A stretch of 63,266 nt of DNA, the filler included, from Lenisia limosa (taxonomy: Eukaryota; Protista; Breviatea): assembly GCA_001655205.1 (NCBI GenBank). It is 8 parts of 8 records of this genome, joined end to end, with 100 filler letters (N's around TTAATTAATTAA, not from the genome) between each part and the next. Parts side by side here need not be neighbours in the genome. Positions count along the whole stretch, not along the records: positions 24,627 to 41,171 come from LPNZ01001939.1; 7 more parts are not named here. One strand, given 5' to 3'. The stretch's first letter is position 1; the number at the start of each line of letters is the position of its first letter. The translations under genes and the position numbers were made by a program. Below the pieces are notes generated by a model. That model was not told where the DNA came from. It searched no databases and saw only the letters and a program-made list of their open reading frames with translations. Below, in pieces: positions 24,740 through 38,131 of this stretch.

Positions 24740-27700
24740 GAACTGACTGATATCGTTCATAAGCATCAAGGCCCTAGAGAACAGCATAAATGTTCATGAT
24801 AACGCCCAAGCTTACTCCAGGAAATAGCCAACACCCATGGCGGATCCAAAGAGCCCCGCGTGACCCTACAGTCGTGAGGGTGTATACTGTGAAAAAAGAA
24901 ATATGAAACAAAGGGCCAGCAAGATAAAGCTCTACTGTCGTGAGGCTGTTTTATTCATTTGCAATAAAGTCGCTATTGAAACTAGTATCATAAAGATCCC
25001 GGTGGTTTCCATACAACAAATAACACTCAATGGAAACGATGGAGAACTTCACAAGTTTATGTAGAGCAAGTCGTCTGAGGTTCCTGAACTATGCCAACTA
25101 TACCCCTTTTATTGCTCTTTCCCTCGTATGACTGTATAAATGATAATTAGACATAAAAGTAATTGAATTTTTGGGGTTTTGCCTCAATTCTTGGTGCCGG
25201 CATGAAGGAGTTGTCGCCACCACACCTCTGAATAGCCAACAGAGTTGATTTTGGGTTTCTTTTTTCTCATAAATTTTCCTATTTTACCCGCTCCTCCCCA
25301 AACCTGAATGAGGCCACTTGCGAAGGCATTTCCATCACTGACGTAGCCCTAAAACCGTGAAAATGGTCATGTGCTGGCTTCACTCGTTGTTGCATCAAAT
25401 AGTACAAGATTTGAGTGTTGTATTGCATAGGAACATATTATCTGCCCTCTCCCCCCCCCCCCCCCCNNNNNNNNNNNNNNNNNNNNNNNNNNNNNNNNNN
25501 NNNNNNNNNNNNNNNNNNNNNNNNNNNNNNNNNNNNNNNNNNNNATGTCGGCGGCAAAATGCAGCTGTCGGAGGCCCATCTGGGGGGGTATAATATTTAT
25601 TCAATAAAAAAAACCCCAACAACTCTGAGTAGTAAATGAGGAAGGAAGTTTCGAATAAGAATACGTGGGGGTGGCTTGATTGGTTCTAACCTTCTTCATC
25701 ATTACGTTTTTAAATGTTGATTACACTTTCACATTCATTCACCCTATCATGAAGACATTTTGATGATCACAATCGTGGGGTTTTATCTTCAAAACTAACC
25801 TTGGCAAAGATCTTATGCACAAGCCCAGCATAGGCGCAAAGATGCTTACTGAGGAGGTGAGAAAAATAACACATCAGCAGTAGGTTCCTGCAATGCTTTT
25901 GGTGGCATATTATTTAATATTACCTGGTCTGAGACGTCCATTACATTCAAAAAAATATTGACAGTATTAAAGAATAATTTCCAGACTAACTAATAACAAT
26001 GTCCAAAAACAGTCTACTCTGAGATTTGAACTTTTGCAAGAAATGAAAGGATGTCTACAATCCACTGGGCTTTGCACTCCCCTCCCCACGCATAGAGAGC
26101 ACTGGGCTTTGAAGAACAAACTTCCGGGAGGTACGAGTCTTCTACCAGCCTGTTCTCCAGAGCAATCTTGCCTACAGTATTAAATGTCAATAGTTGGGCC
26201 TTACCCACGGTCCGAAAAGGATCGTAAAAATATTAAGGATTTTTCTGGTAATACCATCATTTTGGAGATCGTAGCCCTTTTCATATATTACATGTAGATA
26301 CTCCAATCATAACAAAACTCTAGGTCATACCCTCTTCCCAACCTACCAATGATTTCAGCCATAGTAATCATGGACAAGTCCGAGTAGACCATTTTGGTTC
26401 CAGTAGGATATTGGAGTTTCTAAACACTATGAATTGAGTTGGAGGTGTGTAAGGGTGCGAAGGTCCGAAAAAAGAAGTGTGTAACTTTTTCTAACAAAAA
26501 GAAAACAGAAAATTTGGACCGAAACATAAAATCAGGTTTTTAAGGAATATTGCTTGTTGAATAATATCAAATCCATGCAATCATTTGCCTACCTGGTTAT
26601 ACAGAGACTCAGTGATCTTGTCAGCGCATGAGAATGAAGCCTCAGGGTGCTCCTTACGCTGCAAATCGGTGATATCGGGGCATTATGAAAGTCAATGTGT
26701 GTAACTTCAAAATATAAACGTATGCCATGAGGCGTAGAAAGCTGAGTCTGTATCTCCCTGAGCCTTCAGTAGGATCTTCAATTCAATCAAAAACAAGACT
26801 GTTTTTCACCCTTATTGCTATCATTTCCAATCCAAATCTTAACTCAAAATATCGGTACTTCCTTGGGTTTTTGGAGGCAGAATTCAACCTACAGTTTCAA
26901 TGCAGTCAAAGGACTTCGCCCAGTAGTTGGGGATTGGGTCGGGGGGGAAGCCGGCAGAGTGGGTCATCAGATGAGTGATGGTGATGTTGCCCTTGCCGTT
27001 GTTGTCGTAGCTGCTGCCCAGGAGGTGAGGGTCGCTGACATAATCGTCTGCGATGGTAAAACTAAGAATATCGAAAGCGGGGGGGAGAGTAAATTGGAAA
27101 ATTTATAAACAAAAAAACAAACCCAAATCAACTCTGTTGACAACACACGAGGGTTGATTACAACAAAACAAACANNNNNNNNNNNNNNNNNNNNNNNNNN
27201 NNNNNNNNNNNNNNNNNNNNNNNNNNNNNNNNNNCATCACCATCACAACCATCACCACTACCACCAACAACACCATCACCACCGCTACTCATTCCAACAA
27301 CACCATCACCACCACTACTCATTCCCTGCATCCAGCATTGCTTACCGAGGGCGAAGTATCCCTTGTCATAAAGGAACATGGACGCGGTGGTGGTGGCGAC
27401 AACCTTCGTCACGCTAGCCAAGTCGAACATTGTGTCCTGAATGTGTGAGTTGACGTGGTCTTGTTGGGCTAACTCACAACCAAAAAAGAAGGATGGCGAG
27501 AAGGCGAATGTGATCGTATTTACATGACGTAAGAACGATTAATAAGATCCTTCTTGACATATAATAGGAAAATCATTTTCTACACTGTATATGACCGGTA
27601 TTGGGTACGGGGGATTGTTCAAAAGGCCTCACTTGGGGGAGAACACGATGAAGAATGCTCACATGTCAGAAGCGATGTACCTCATGTTAAACAAGGCAAA

Positions 27701-27996
27701 CCACAATATGATGTTATGCTCTGCCCTCCTACCGTGGTAGTAACAGGGTTGACATCACGGTCCCCATTGTAGTACTGGTGCCCTACAGCTCCAAACACAG
27801 AAGGCTATACTCGTTAGAAACGACTCCTTTTCTTATTTCTTACTCTTCCGCCTGGCAGAAGAATAGCAAAAGAGGCACCGGGAAAGATTTTGTCCTCAAC
27901 TGCTTGGTCCAAGACTTTATACGCCTTTTGTAGGCTGCAATTACTTGCAACAATGCTGGTGATCAGCAATGCAAGATAGAATAGCTTCATAATCAT
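24740..27996 (-). CDS. Secreted beta-lactamase-family (class C-like) serine hydrolase, 3'-partial
   Basis: Signal peptide; AVEDKIFPGA; FDLASVTK (SxxK); ITHLMTHSAG; MVYSDLS; GYVSDGNAF..GHAGLFGS; multiple GT-AG introns. Confidence 0.85.
27234..27330. repeat. CAC/CAT trinucleotide low-complexity tract in an intron
   Basis: Visible imperfect repeat next to an N gap. Confidence 0.8.
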
Positions 27997-28197
27997 AATA
28001 ATGCATGATGAAAAATATAAACAAACTTAAAAAAGCAAAAGTCCTGGGATATTGTTCTACCACCATTCTCTAGAGAGTCTACTAGTGAGTGCTGATGTGA
28101 AATTTCTTAAAACAAACAACAACCATAGTGCTAAAAAAAACAAATTTAGAACTAAATCAATTGAAGTAAAGTGGTAATACCAAACTGAAGACAAGTA

Positions 28198-28305
28198 CCT
28201 CCGGCCGCATGGACTGCCCTCTCCAGCGAGAATATTTTACATACACCACACCACGTATGTGCATGATTGATTCGCCCCACTTTGGGCAGTCCATGCGGCC
28301 GGAAG
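28198..28305. mobile_element. Tc1/mariner-type (Stowaway-like) MITE, 108 bp
   Basis: Perfect 20-bp IR TCCGGCCGCATGGACTGCCC (28200-28219 / 28284-28303), flanked by TA on both sides. Confidence 0.7.
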
Positions 28306-29029
28306 TAAAAAACTTGGTTCTTCCATTTTTGAACTCGCCAACCAACACTCCGCGATACTAGATTCTATGACAATATACTATTCTAAAATTGTAAAAAAAA
28401 AATAGATAGCTCTGTACTATGTGACGAGCGTCAATCTTCCCGAGGTCTTCCTTCCTTCCCGCTTCTTCCCTAAGGTTATAAAGTTATAAAGTTATTCTCC
28501 CCTAATTTTCCCGCTCACCCCCACCCCCCACACACACATAAGCCTGACACAGGTTGCACTTGGTCACCTTTCAATACTGTGGATGTGGATCTGAGAGCAT
28601 GTCGGGATTAGTGACAATGCGGAGCAGTATAACATAAATCTAGGGTTAATTTTTTTTATGAATGGTGAAAAATGATTAAAACAATGCAGGTTTTCAAGGG
28701 ACCTCAGGAGAGTGTCTTTTATCAGATTCCTTGTTAATGTTAATCAGGGTGGTATAGGGGTGGAGAAATTCTTTTCTGAAGGCTTTTACAAAATTTTTAA
28801 ACTAATGTGGCATCTGTTACATACAATCACAACATTAGTTTTTATTTCTGGATGCTGTTTCATACCGTTTCCATATTAACTGTTTTGTCATGAAAAACAA
28901 ATAACACAACACTATATTGACAAATAAAACGAAAATAATAAGACATAATAAAACAAAATAAACAACATCAACATATAAAAACCATAAATAACTATCATAC
29001 CAAGCACCCCAAATTCAGACTATATAATT

Positions 29030-32000
29030 AGTGATGGCCATGAACCATCATCAAGACATTGTATCACCTGTCCGTTCAGCTGTGACAGGCCGAAGGTCTG
29101 ATATGGTGAAGAACGGATGGTAGGATGGTGTAAAACAGAATTAGTAATCGGCGATCACTTCATGAACAAAATGCAAAATACGGAATCTTCAAAATATTCA
29201 TAATATTGTATTTTAGAAGAGACAATAAAGATTATCTGTCTGAAGCCTTCAATAAGCTTACTAAGGATGTTGAAAACAGCAGCATCAACTCCTTTCTCCT
29301 ACCTGTACAACACAGACTGTTTGCGATGTTGGTGATAACACGGGACACACGACCTTGTAAGTCCGGTAGAGCGGAAAGGGGTGACACGGCAGTACTAAAG
29401 TGGTAACAGATTTGTTGGTAGTAAGAGTTCCTAGGTACTAGAGTTACAAAAAAATACAATATAGAGTGTCTAAAAGCTTACTATTAAGTGACTCAGCGTC
29501 CAAAAGAGAGTACCCTGGTATCCAAACGGACCTGGTACTGTGAGATTTGGGCAGTCCTATCAATGGAGTACTTGCGTTTTAAAGTGATGTAAAATATGTA
29601 TGTACATAATGTACTTCGTTCGATGCGCATTAGCAATTCACATAAATGATTCAATTGTATTCAATATATCAGAATAGGAATGTGAGAAAGGTGTCACGTG
29701 ATAGTTTTCATAGACTGTTCAAACATTTGGCATCAACCATCCAAAATGATAGGGCAAATTGACATCCCTCATAAGCCTACTTGCTCAAAACGTAACTGTC
29801 GTCCCACCCAGTGTCAACATCTAACAGTGGCGGAGCCTGATTAGGCCAAGGAAACTCTATGGTGTCATATTTCTTGACATTGTTCGAAAAAGACCAGGAA
29901 AATATTATCTATAGAATGCGCTAAAATAGAATACTATTCCATACTTCCCAGAATAACCGAGAATTGTAGTTATTTTTGGATCAAAGTGAAGACCCTTCGT
30001 CAATAATCGTGACAACGGAAGCACGCACAAAAAATGACAAAACAAAGCCTTTATTTCTGTACCTAGTTGAAGCTTCAGCAGCTCCTGCGTTGTTGTATTC
30101 CACTTGTCCTGATTGGGTAAATCTCAAATTCACAAAGACCAACTTTTGAAACTTATTCAAATAAAATTTCTTGTGTGACAATTTTGAAATTTATGGGGAT
30201 CAGATTTTTATGACCCTGCAATAATTTAATTGAACTGACAAATGGTGATCTGTTTAAAAACATCCCAATTCATTTCAAAATGTGANNNNNNNNNNNNNNN
30301 NNNNNNNNNNNNNNNNNNNNNNNNNNNNNNNNNNNNNNNNNNNNNNNNNNNNNNNNNNNNNNNNNNNNNNNNNNNNNNNNNNNNNNNNNNNNNNNNNNNN
30401 NNNNNNNNNNNNNNNNNNNNNNNNNNNNNNNNNNNNNNNNNNNNNAGCTCATGGTGAGAGTTCAAATGATTTCCTAAACGCATGCACTTGTAACACAGAT
30501 ACCGGATACCACAGGTCAAGTGTTTTGTGGCTTTCCATGCTGAGGTTTTAAAACTTTCAGCAGTCTTGCATGGTAAATAGCATTGGTTAATGTTGAATTA
30601 AATGCAGTTTATTGTTTTCTTGTGTTTAGGTAGCTAAATCATCACTTTAAAAGAAGTTTCATACTTAGCTATGACATTTGACTAGAAATTGGGCATTTAT
30701 TTGCAATTTTTTGAGATAGTGCAAATAAAGATAAACTTACAATAAATTGCACATCTGAATGAAGCTTGTCTGGAGGGGTCACAAAGTTTGCAGGATTGTA
30801 GTAATTGACAGTTGCTGATCCAAGAACTCCAATTGTGCTTCCATTTCTAGAAAGTCGTATTAATCTACCACTCTATGACTATCAGTATATTCCCAAAAGA
30901 TCAATACCGAATGACTAACATATACTGCGACCTTGTACAATTCTTACTTACCTAACAGTAATGTATGATATGTATCCCTATTGCTGATTATTTCATAGTT
31001 GTCTTCTAGTCCTTCTTTTGGTCTGCTCTAAAAGACCCTAATTGCTCCCTTAGGTGAACAATCGACTGTTTTGTCATTTAAAACTCCAGCAAATTGGCAC
31101 GAGATCATGATTTTGCTATTGATACATATTGCAATGAGAAAGAATAAGAATGTATCTGGTCGAAGCCGTCCACATCATCACATATAAGAGATATTGGATT
31201 ACAGAATAATATTAATTCACCCAATCATTTGCCTTACAGCTTTCTGCGTGCCTGAACTAATACTACTGGACAGAGTGCTAAACCATCTCATGTTTACCGA
31301 ATTATGAGATTTGACGATTGATCAAAGTTGGTAAAGTCCCTGTAAATCACTGAAAACTGCAGCGTCATGACCAGGTTACTAGAATAAACTTCATATCTTA
31401 ATGTGTAAGTAACAAACCCAAGATACACCTACCCAATAAGTGGCCAGTCAAGATTTGGAAGTTCGATCAGCGAGTCAAGCAAGGTCATTGGGTCTCTGTA
31501 TTTGCTTACTAAGACACCAGAACTGCTGTTTGCTCCCTAAACAGGTTATCTATGAGGTGACTAAGCTAACTGTCCATGTAAATTATCAGTCAGTTACGAA
31601 AATTCAATCAGGATGACTAACTGTTCTTCGAAGTTAGCCATGCTACACCACCAAAGAAATTTCAGGAGAATGCGGTATTCTTCAATCATCGTTACATACT
31701 TATATACACAATACGCGATAAGTCCTGACAGAGATATTGAGTTTTATATTGAGTCAATCGTGTCAGGAATTATAGAGGCCGTCTTGTTTAGCGGTCACTC
31801 ACTGTATACTATCATATATGATATGCAAAATATTATTCTCTGTTTGTTCAACGGTAAAAACAAATCGGTTAGATTAAAAACAAAATCAGTCAAACTGATG
31901 TCAAAACGTCAAATCTCTGACCTCAAAGTTGAAATCCTTCACATGAAGAGCCGATACAATCAAGGGGTCTGAAGCCGTGTACTTTTCAGCCACTACACTG

Positions 32001-35000
32001 ACGATGCAGTTTGGGCAGTTGATATCACCAGATGCTCGCACTGTAGCGAAGATGGCTGGTGATGACAGCACTGCAGCCAATAGACCAGAATGCTACGATG
32101 ATTATTGCTACTGGTAGAAGAGGGTAAATGTAAATTGTAAACCAGATGTAATGTAACAAGCTAACGCTTTTGAGTACTAAATGTAGTAATGAGAAAAAAT
32201 CTGGTTGTACCTGGCCGAAGCCGTCCACANNNNNNNNNNNNNNNNNNNNNNNNNNNNNNNNNNNNNNATTAAGAGAACTGCTTTGAATGTTGAAGTTGAC
32301 TTTCACATCAAAATTCTCAATCTAGAAAACGTTAGAACTGGGAAATCTCAAATCAATTTCACCAATATGTACACAGAAGAAAGAAAACAAAAAGAAGAAT
32401 CAGGCTGCATTCCACACAACTACATTTCAAAATCCATTTTTAATTTGAGTAAGTTGGTATCGTATACACATCAAAAAGGACTGATATTGTAGAGCCAAAT
32501 TCAAAGTATTATCAATCCCACTAACCGTAACAAATGCATTTCTCATTTGGCCAATAATGCCACCACTTTTCTCTATCACTCCAGTCATTTTGACATCCAT
32601 CTAAAAAGTGTCAATACTGAAGCAATTTGATCATACGGTAATCTCTGCAGTAAGAAGGTTCACATAACAAATTCAAAATATTTTGACCAAAACAACCTCA
32701 TAAATATGAAATTTAGAACAAGAATAAAGATTTTGATTATGATTCATCCCAATATTTTGTCTTATGTTCACAATGCAGCATGACTATTACTATAAGTCTT
32801 GATAAATAGACTTGCAGTAGCAGTTTCGGTTATTCTTTCCTATATTTGATCAAACCATAGTGCATGTTACATTGAACAAACCAAAACGTTTTCTCCAGTT
32901 AAGTAGGTGCTCTTTGTCTCTATCAATCCGCCATCTCCCATAATTCCTGTCAAAAAATAATGTTGGTTTTGCAATGTTTAAAATAGTTCGATAATTGATC
33001 ACTCGAAGAGTATTAACAAATATTGACATTGTTTAATGCTTTTCTGTCCGAAGGGAATCCCTAATAATGAAAGAGTGTAAGACCCATCTCACCCTCTCGC
33101 TAAGAATGAAATATAACACTGATTGAAGAGCTTTAATAACCTTACCTCCAGCATTGGCTGCATGCCCCACGTTAATCTACAAAATAAGAGGTATGATTTC
33201 AATGATAGAACAAATAGATCCCATTTAAATGCAATCAAGCTGGTGATGTCAGCGGATCATTTTAATGGTACTCGGTTTTTGTGCCCCTAAAATTTGGTGC
33301 TCTCATCCCGCTCACATCAACCATGATGGTGACATTCGTCAAATGTAGCCGTGAGCTTGCAAGATAGCCAACCACGCCGCCAACAACATTTTCAGATGAT
33401 GAGGTGTAGGAATTGCTAATCTCACATTTAATGTCCGAGTTTGAGAGATTCACCTATATTTATGGTAAGTTTTTGCAGTTTAGTTGACGCAACAAAAGTC
33501 CTTATTTCAACCATATTACAATACGATAAGTCATATATTATATGATATGTATTAAATGATAGTATCAGGATAGGACGTATCATGGACTTGTAGGTTCCTG
33601 CTCGGATTTTTTGGGTGAGTAATCGAAATATTTCGAGGAATTTATCAATAAAGATTCCTGCGGACTCATTCCTTCTTGCCATTCAACCCCCCGACAATAC
33701 AAGGGGACTGGTCTCCATAGGCATAAAGGCAGCCAGCTCGTCGGAAATCCTTAATTGAAATCTAAACAAATGAGATCCTAATAAAAATCTCGACAAATTT
33801 GTATTACAAAGTGTAATCCAAATGTGGTTAGAACGGTATTTCCAGAGGAATATTTGGAACATACATATATCATTTTCACTCGGAAATAATGATGTTTATC
33901 GCAGATTTAAAGAGAAATGTAGGAAAGTCCAACTCACGTTTTTAAACTCATTGTTGTCAATCGTTATGAGTCCTTGATTTATCCTGCCAAAGAGAAGCCC
34001 GCCATTCGATGACACTGCTTCATTTCGGACCTAAAAGGCATCAAGAGATTATTTTGGATTCTGGAGTAATTGTAAGATGAGACTGATGTGATTGATTTGA
34101 TAAGTTCTGGTGATAAACCCATTGAATAAAGTTGTATAAAATATACTCTTAAAAAGAGATTTATAAGTTATGGAAACAAAGAGCCAGTTTACAATCGTAA
34201 TATAGATAGCTATATGATATCATTACTGTTACATCCTCTCAAATCTCTATCATACTTGGGCAAGGGATATATCTTCAAACTTGTTGTTCTTAAATGAACC
34301 TTGCACTGTATGAAGAGCTCCTACAAGCAGTGTGATACAAGTCAATTAAATCATACTAATGTTCCCAATAAAATTGTGAAAAATATCTGTTGTTTAAACT
34401 TCATTGAAAATACATTTCGTGACATTTTGATATGTTATCATATTGCTAAAGCGAGGGTGAGGTGAGGGAGACAAGAGTGGGGAATATGTGGTTGGTTAAC
34501 CATCAAACCTGTGATAAGTCCAAAATCGGTTGCTCTTGAAGTGATTGTTAAGTTGCGCATAATGTTGTTGTCAAAAACAAATTGCTAAAGAGAATAAATG
34601 AGGATAACGTATTCACCTTCTATCATCATGTCATATATTCTATATCAAAAGCGATCTATTTCTAACAATAGGGAAGCCTCACTTATCACCATTTCGGCTT
34701 ACCTGGGTAACAATATCCATAAAGAGCAATCCATTGCTGGTAGTGTGCAAATGCCGATCTAAACTAATCACAAAATGGAAAATCGAAGACTCCAAAATAT
34801 CAAAGTGAGATGTTGGGTTTATATTAATTCATCCAATCATTTTCCCTGTTAGCTTACATCTTCCATCAGCAAACACGCAGTTTTTAACTGACAAAAGATT
34901 GTTGTTAAACCTTGGGAAAAGCGACTAGAATGTCAAAACGCGGCTCTTAAAAACGCCCTCATCCTTGCTCATATTTTCAAAAATGCATATATTTTGTATC

Positions 35001-37980
35001 CTTTGATTATATATATAGTACATATTATATTATAATGTATAGTTCAATAAATACTATGAATGATAGTAACATAGTAATAGAGCATATGAAAAGGGTATTT
35101 CCCTCGAGTCAGAAAAGACCCTGAAAATTTCGATATTTATCGACTACTTATCGAAAAATTCAGATTAATCCAACCGCAAGGAAACCCTCGCCATAACAGT
35201 CTGGCTCACCAAAACTTTAAGCCCATTGAAGGAGATTGTGTGTCCTTGGCAATCAAGTGTCTTATCACTGGTCACAATCGAGCTCTGTATGTGGTTAAGG
35301 GGCTTATAGGGTTCCATGCAATTAACTAAGGCGTAATATTGAATTATGAGAACTATTTGCTTCTAATACCATGCCATTGGTCCCAACGAGAGGTGAAATT
35401 GCCTTCGGTGAAATTCAAAATTGATCCAAGGTGTATCAAGAAATTCGGACTTTTTGGACCGAATGGAAACCTTAATGATATCTTCCAGGGACACCTAGGT
35501 ATCATGTTTTTAAAAGGATAACCTCCCACAAACTGATGGTATACTCTCGGTACAGTGGATGTCCTAAGAAATAATAAAGACATTCACAAAAGGGTGTGGT
35601 ATTTGATGTTTTAGCCAGAAATAAAGGATTTAAACCAAACACTGGTAAATTTTGAGCATTGTCAAATATTATTACATAAGCCTGAAACAGAATATTTGCT
35701 GAAGTGTTATATTACTGTTCAAATTAAAGAAAGAAACATGTAATTTTACTCCACAACCAACTTGATTAAGTGTGATCTCAACGTTGTTCCAAGTGAAAAA
35801 ATTTTGTAATGAATCACACGTGAGTGCAATTACTAAAATGTCAAGAGAAAAAGAACAATGAACAATCTCATGATAGCGCATTGACTTCATTTATTTAGAA
35901 CACTACCATATATACATACACACACTCATAAATGGATTATTATTTCAATTAAATGATAAGAAACAACAGAACCCAGAAGAGCCAAATCATAAGTTCATAC
36001 TATGATGTATGCAAAATAGTGGGCATGCAATAATTTCATCAATTCGCACTATGATGAAAAACAAGTTTTACAAAGGTTCCAGAACTTCACTATGTGACAA
36101 CCTCCCACATGCATCTGCTGGGGAGACAAGTACCGTGATACATATGACACAGAATATGATCAAATAAGACTTCATCTTCAAACTTGCTGGCTACAATATT
36201 AATGTAAGATGCTGGAAGAAGATGCATCTTTTGACGAGTTTTGATAAAAACAGTAATTGTTCCCCTTTCCACGTGACCTTTTATCACTAACAGTCAATTC
36301 CTTCCAAATTATTGACTCTGACCATGATAAGTAACACTAGGGAAGACTTACCATCAATATTGTTTTTTGTTCATCATAAAAGCATTTACATGTATATATA
36401 TGTTCACCTTATGATGTGAATGTAACTTTTGATATTTGTGCAAAAAGTGTATGGCTACTGACAACTTCACGGTACGTTATACCGTTAAATAAGCTCGGAT
36501 AAAGGTATTAAAGTTAGTACCCACTCACAAATGACTCCTTAGAGGCTCAGAGTGTTGAGTTACAACCAAGCCGGTCGTATTGTGTTCCTCTTTACATTCG
36601 AGGAGGTTGCAGATGGTTACAGAAAATCAAGAGCACTTGATGAGTGTAGACTGACACAGACTGGATGAAGCTAGGAGGAGTACAGACAGGAAGCTCCTCC
36701 TAGAATGATGGGATGAAGCAGGGAAAGAGGTGAATGCTGATATCCCAAAGAGGGAATTTCGGAAGAGAGTAAGCGTTATTGGTCGTTTATCCGTTAATTT
36801 GATGGGATTGTTGTTTGGAAGTTGTCTACTAAAAACTAATTGCAAAAAAACGTAACCGCAAAGCTAACCGAAGAGAGATCTATCAAAACTTCCTTATAAG
36901 GTAACCTTTGAACTGATGAAATATCATAGATCTTATGATCACATTGTGGTATTTTGGTTTTCGGCAGCTTAATTTATTTTGCCTTTTTTTCTTTGTTGGT
37001 TCCCTCCAACCGTGGTTCCAGCCCACGGGTCCTTTTGAAGGACCCCAGGTCGAGGAGCTTGGTTGGTTGAATGGTGGAGCACCCCCCAACGCCTCCCCCG
37101 TCGATTGTTGAATTCAGATAAGGTTTCGTTTCATTATCTAATTATCTAGCGGTATATTAGTGATGTCATATTATCAGGGTTCCCACTCATTTCCCACTGT
37201 CGAAAAAGACATTAATCATCAACTATCAACTTCTTACCTGGTAGAAATGAAAATCACTGGGCTTCCTCATGGTCCGTGACGGATTTCTCTCTAAATTCCC
37301 AATACATATCGATATTACCCGTTTTTTCAAACTGGAGGAAAAGCCCACTATGTAATATATATATATATAAATATTAAGAGAGTTTGCTCTATCTGTTAGG
37401 ATGTGATCTAGTGCTGTACATATTTCTGGAATCAAAAAAGGAAAGGTCACTTTGGTATAAAAAGACTGGTACACGTCGATACTCTTCAGCATCAAAAGTA
37501 AAACAATTACATTATTCCATCAAAACTAATAAAACTACCACAAGAGTGTTGACAATACACATACACAGGGCCATTCACTCAACAACCTCCCCTTTGTTAG
37601 GTTACTGAAAGAGGTTTCAGTCGAGAGATACAACTGGCACAAGGCTTTCTAGAAGCTTCTTTGCTCTAATGTNNNNNNNNNNNNNNNNNNNNNNNNNNNN
37701 NNNNNNNNNNNNNNNNNNNNNNNNNNNNNNNNNNNNNNNNNNNNNNNNNNNNNNNNNNNNNNNNNNNNNNNNNNNNNNNNNNNNNNNNNNNNNNNNNNNN
37801 NNNNNNNNNCAAGATAACTGTTCAACGACATGACAGGTGATTGCTGTTTATGCTGCCTAAAGATGTTAGGATAACGCATGTATAATGGCGAATGTGAATG
37901 TGTAATAGATGATATTACATGCATAGTGTAATTAGCTGATATATCATGGTGAGGATGAGCTGAACGCTTTGCTTTCCCCT
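29030..37980 (-). CDS. Very large, many-exon hypothetical protein with GLUG-like / beta-helix-like repeats; ends uncertain
   Basis: Exons DKTLDCQGHTISFNG, NLTITSRATDFGLITG, SNGGLLFGRI, CIVGGLN, NVVGGVVGYL, KSGGIIGQM, HSGLLAAV, STIGVLGSA, all with minus-strand splice signals; joins not verified. Confidence 0.5.
31116..31237 (-). mobile_element. Family 2 repeat forming an entire 122-nt GT-AG intron (introner-like)
   Basis: GTAAGGCAAATGATTGGGTGAATTAATATT...GTGGACGGCTTCGACCAGATACATTCTTATTCTTTCTCATTGCAATATGTATCAATAG. Confidence 0.6.
32180..32229 (-). repeat. Intron repeat family 2 copy, 5' part lost in N gap
   Basis: TGTGGACGGCTTCGGCCAGGTACAACC..TTTCTCATT. Confidence 0.65.
34759..34857 (-). repeat. 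Diverged family 2 copy spanning a 99-nt intron
   Basis: GTAAG..AAAATGATTGGATGAATTAATATAAACCCAACATCTC..TGGAGTCTTCG..TTTAG. Confidence 0.5.
35091..35189. mobile_element. MITE family 1 copy
   Basis: AGGG..GAAAAGAC / GGAAACCCT ends; central TCGATATTTATCGA. Confidence 0.55.
37258..37347. mobile_element. MITE family 1 copy
   Basis: GGGCTTCCTCATGGTCC ... GGAAAAGCCC. Confidence 0.5.
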
Positions 37981-38131
37981 CCATCCCATATACCCTTATT
38001 TCCTTCAGTTCCTTACGCGGTCTAAAGCCGAGTAATTACCCCCCTCCCCACGACGCTTTCCTGAGACTGACATTATACTGCTTCTTCTGAGATGAGGATA
38101 ACCCACTTCGAGGGTGAAAAGACCTAAAACG

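Noticed and set aside
11-27996. Bacterial contamination as the source of the ABC-ATPase and beta-lactamase genes
   Set aside because: Both are interrupted by many GT-AG introns carrying host repeats
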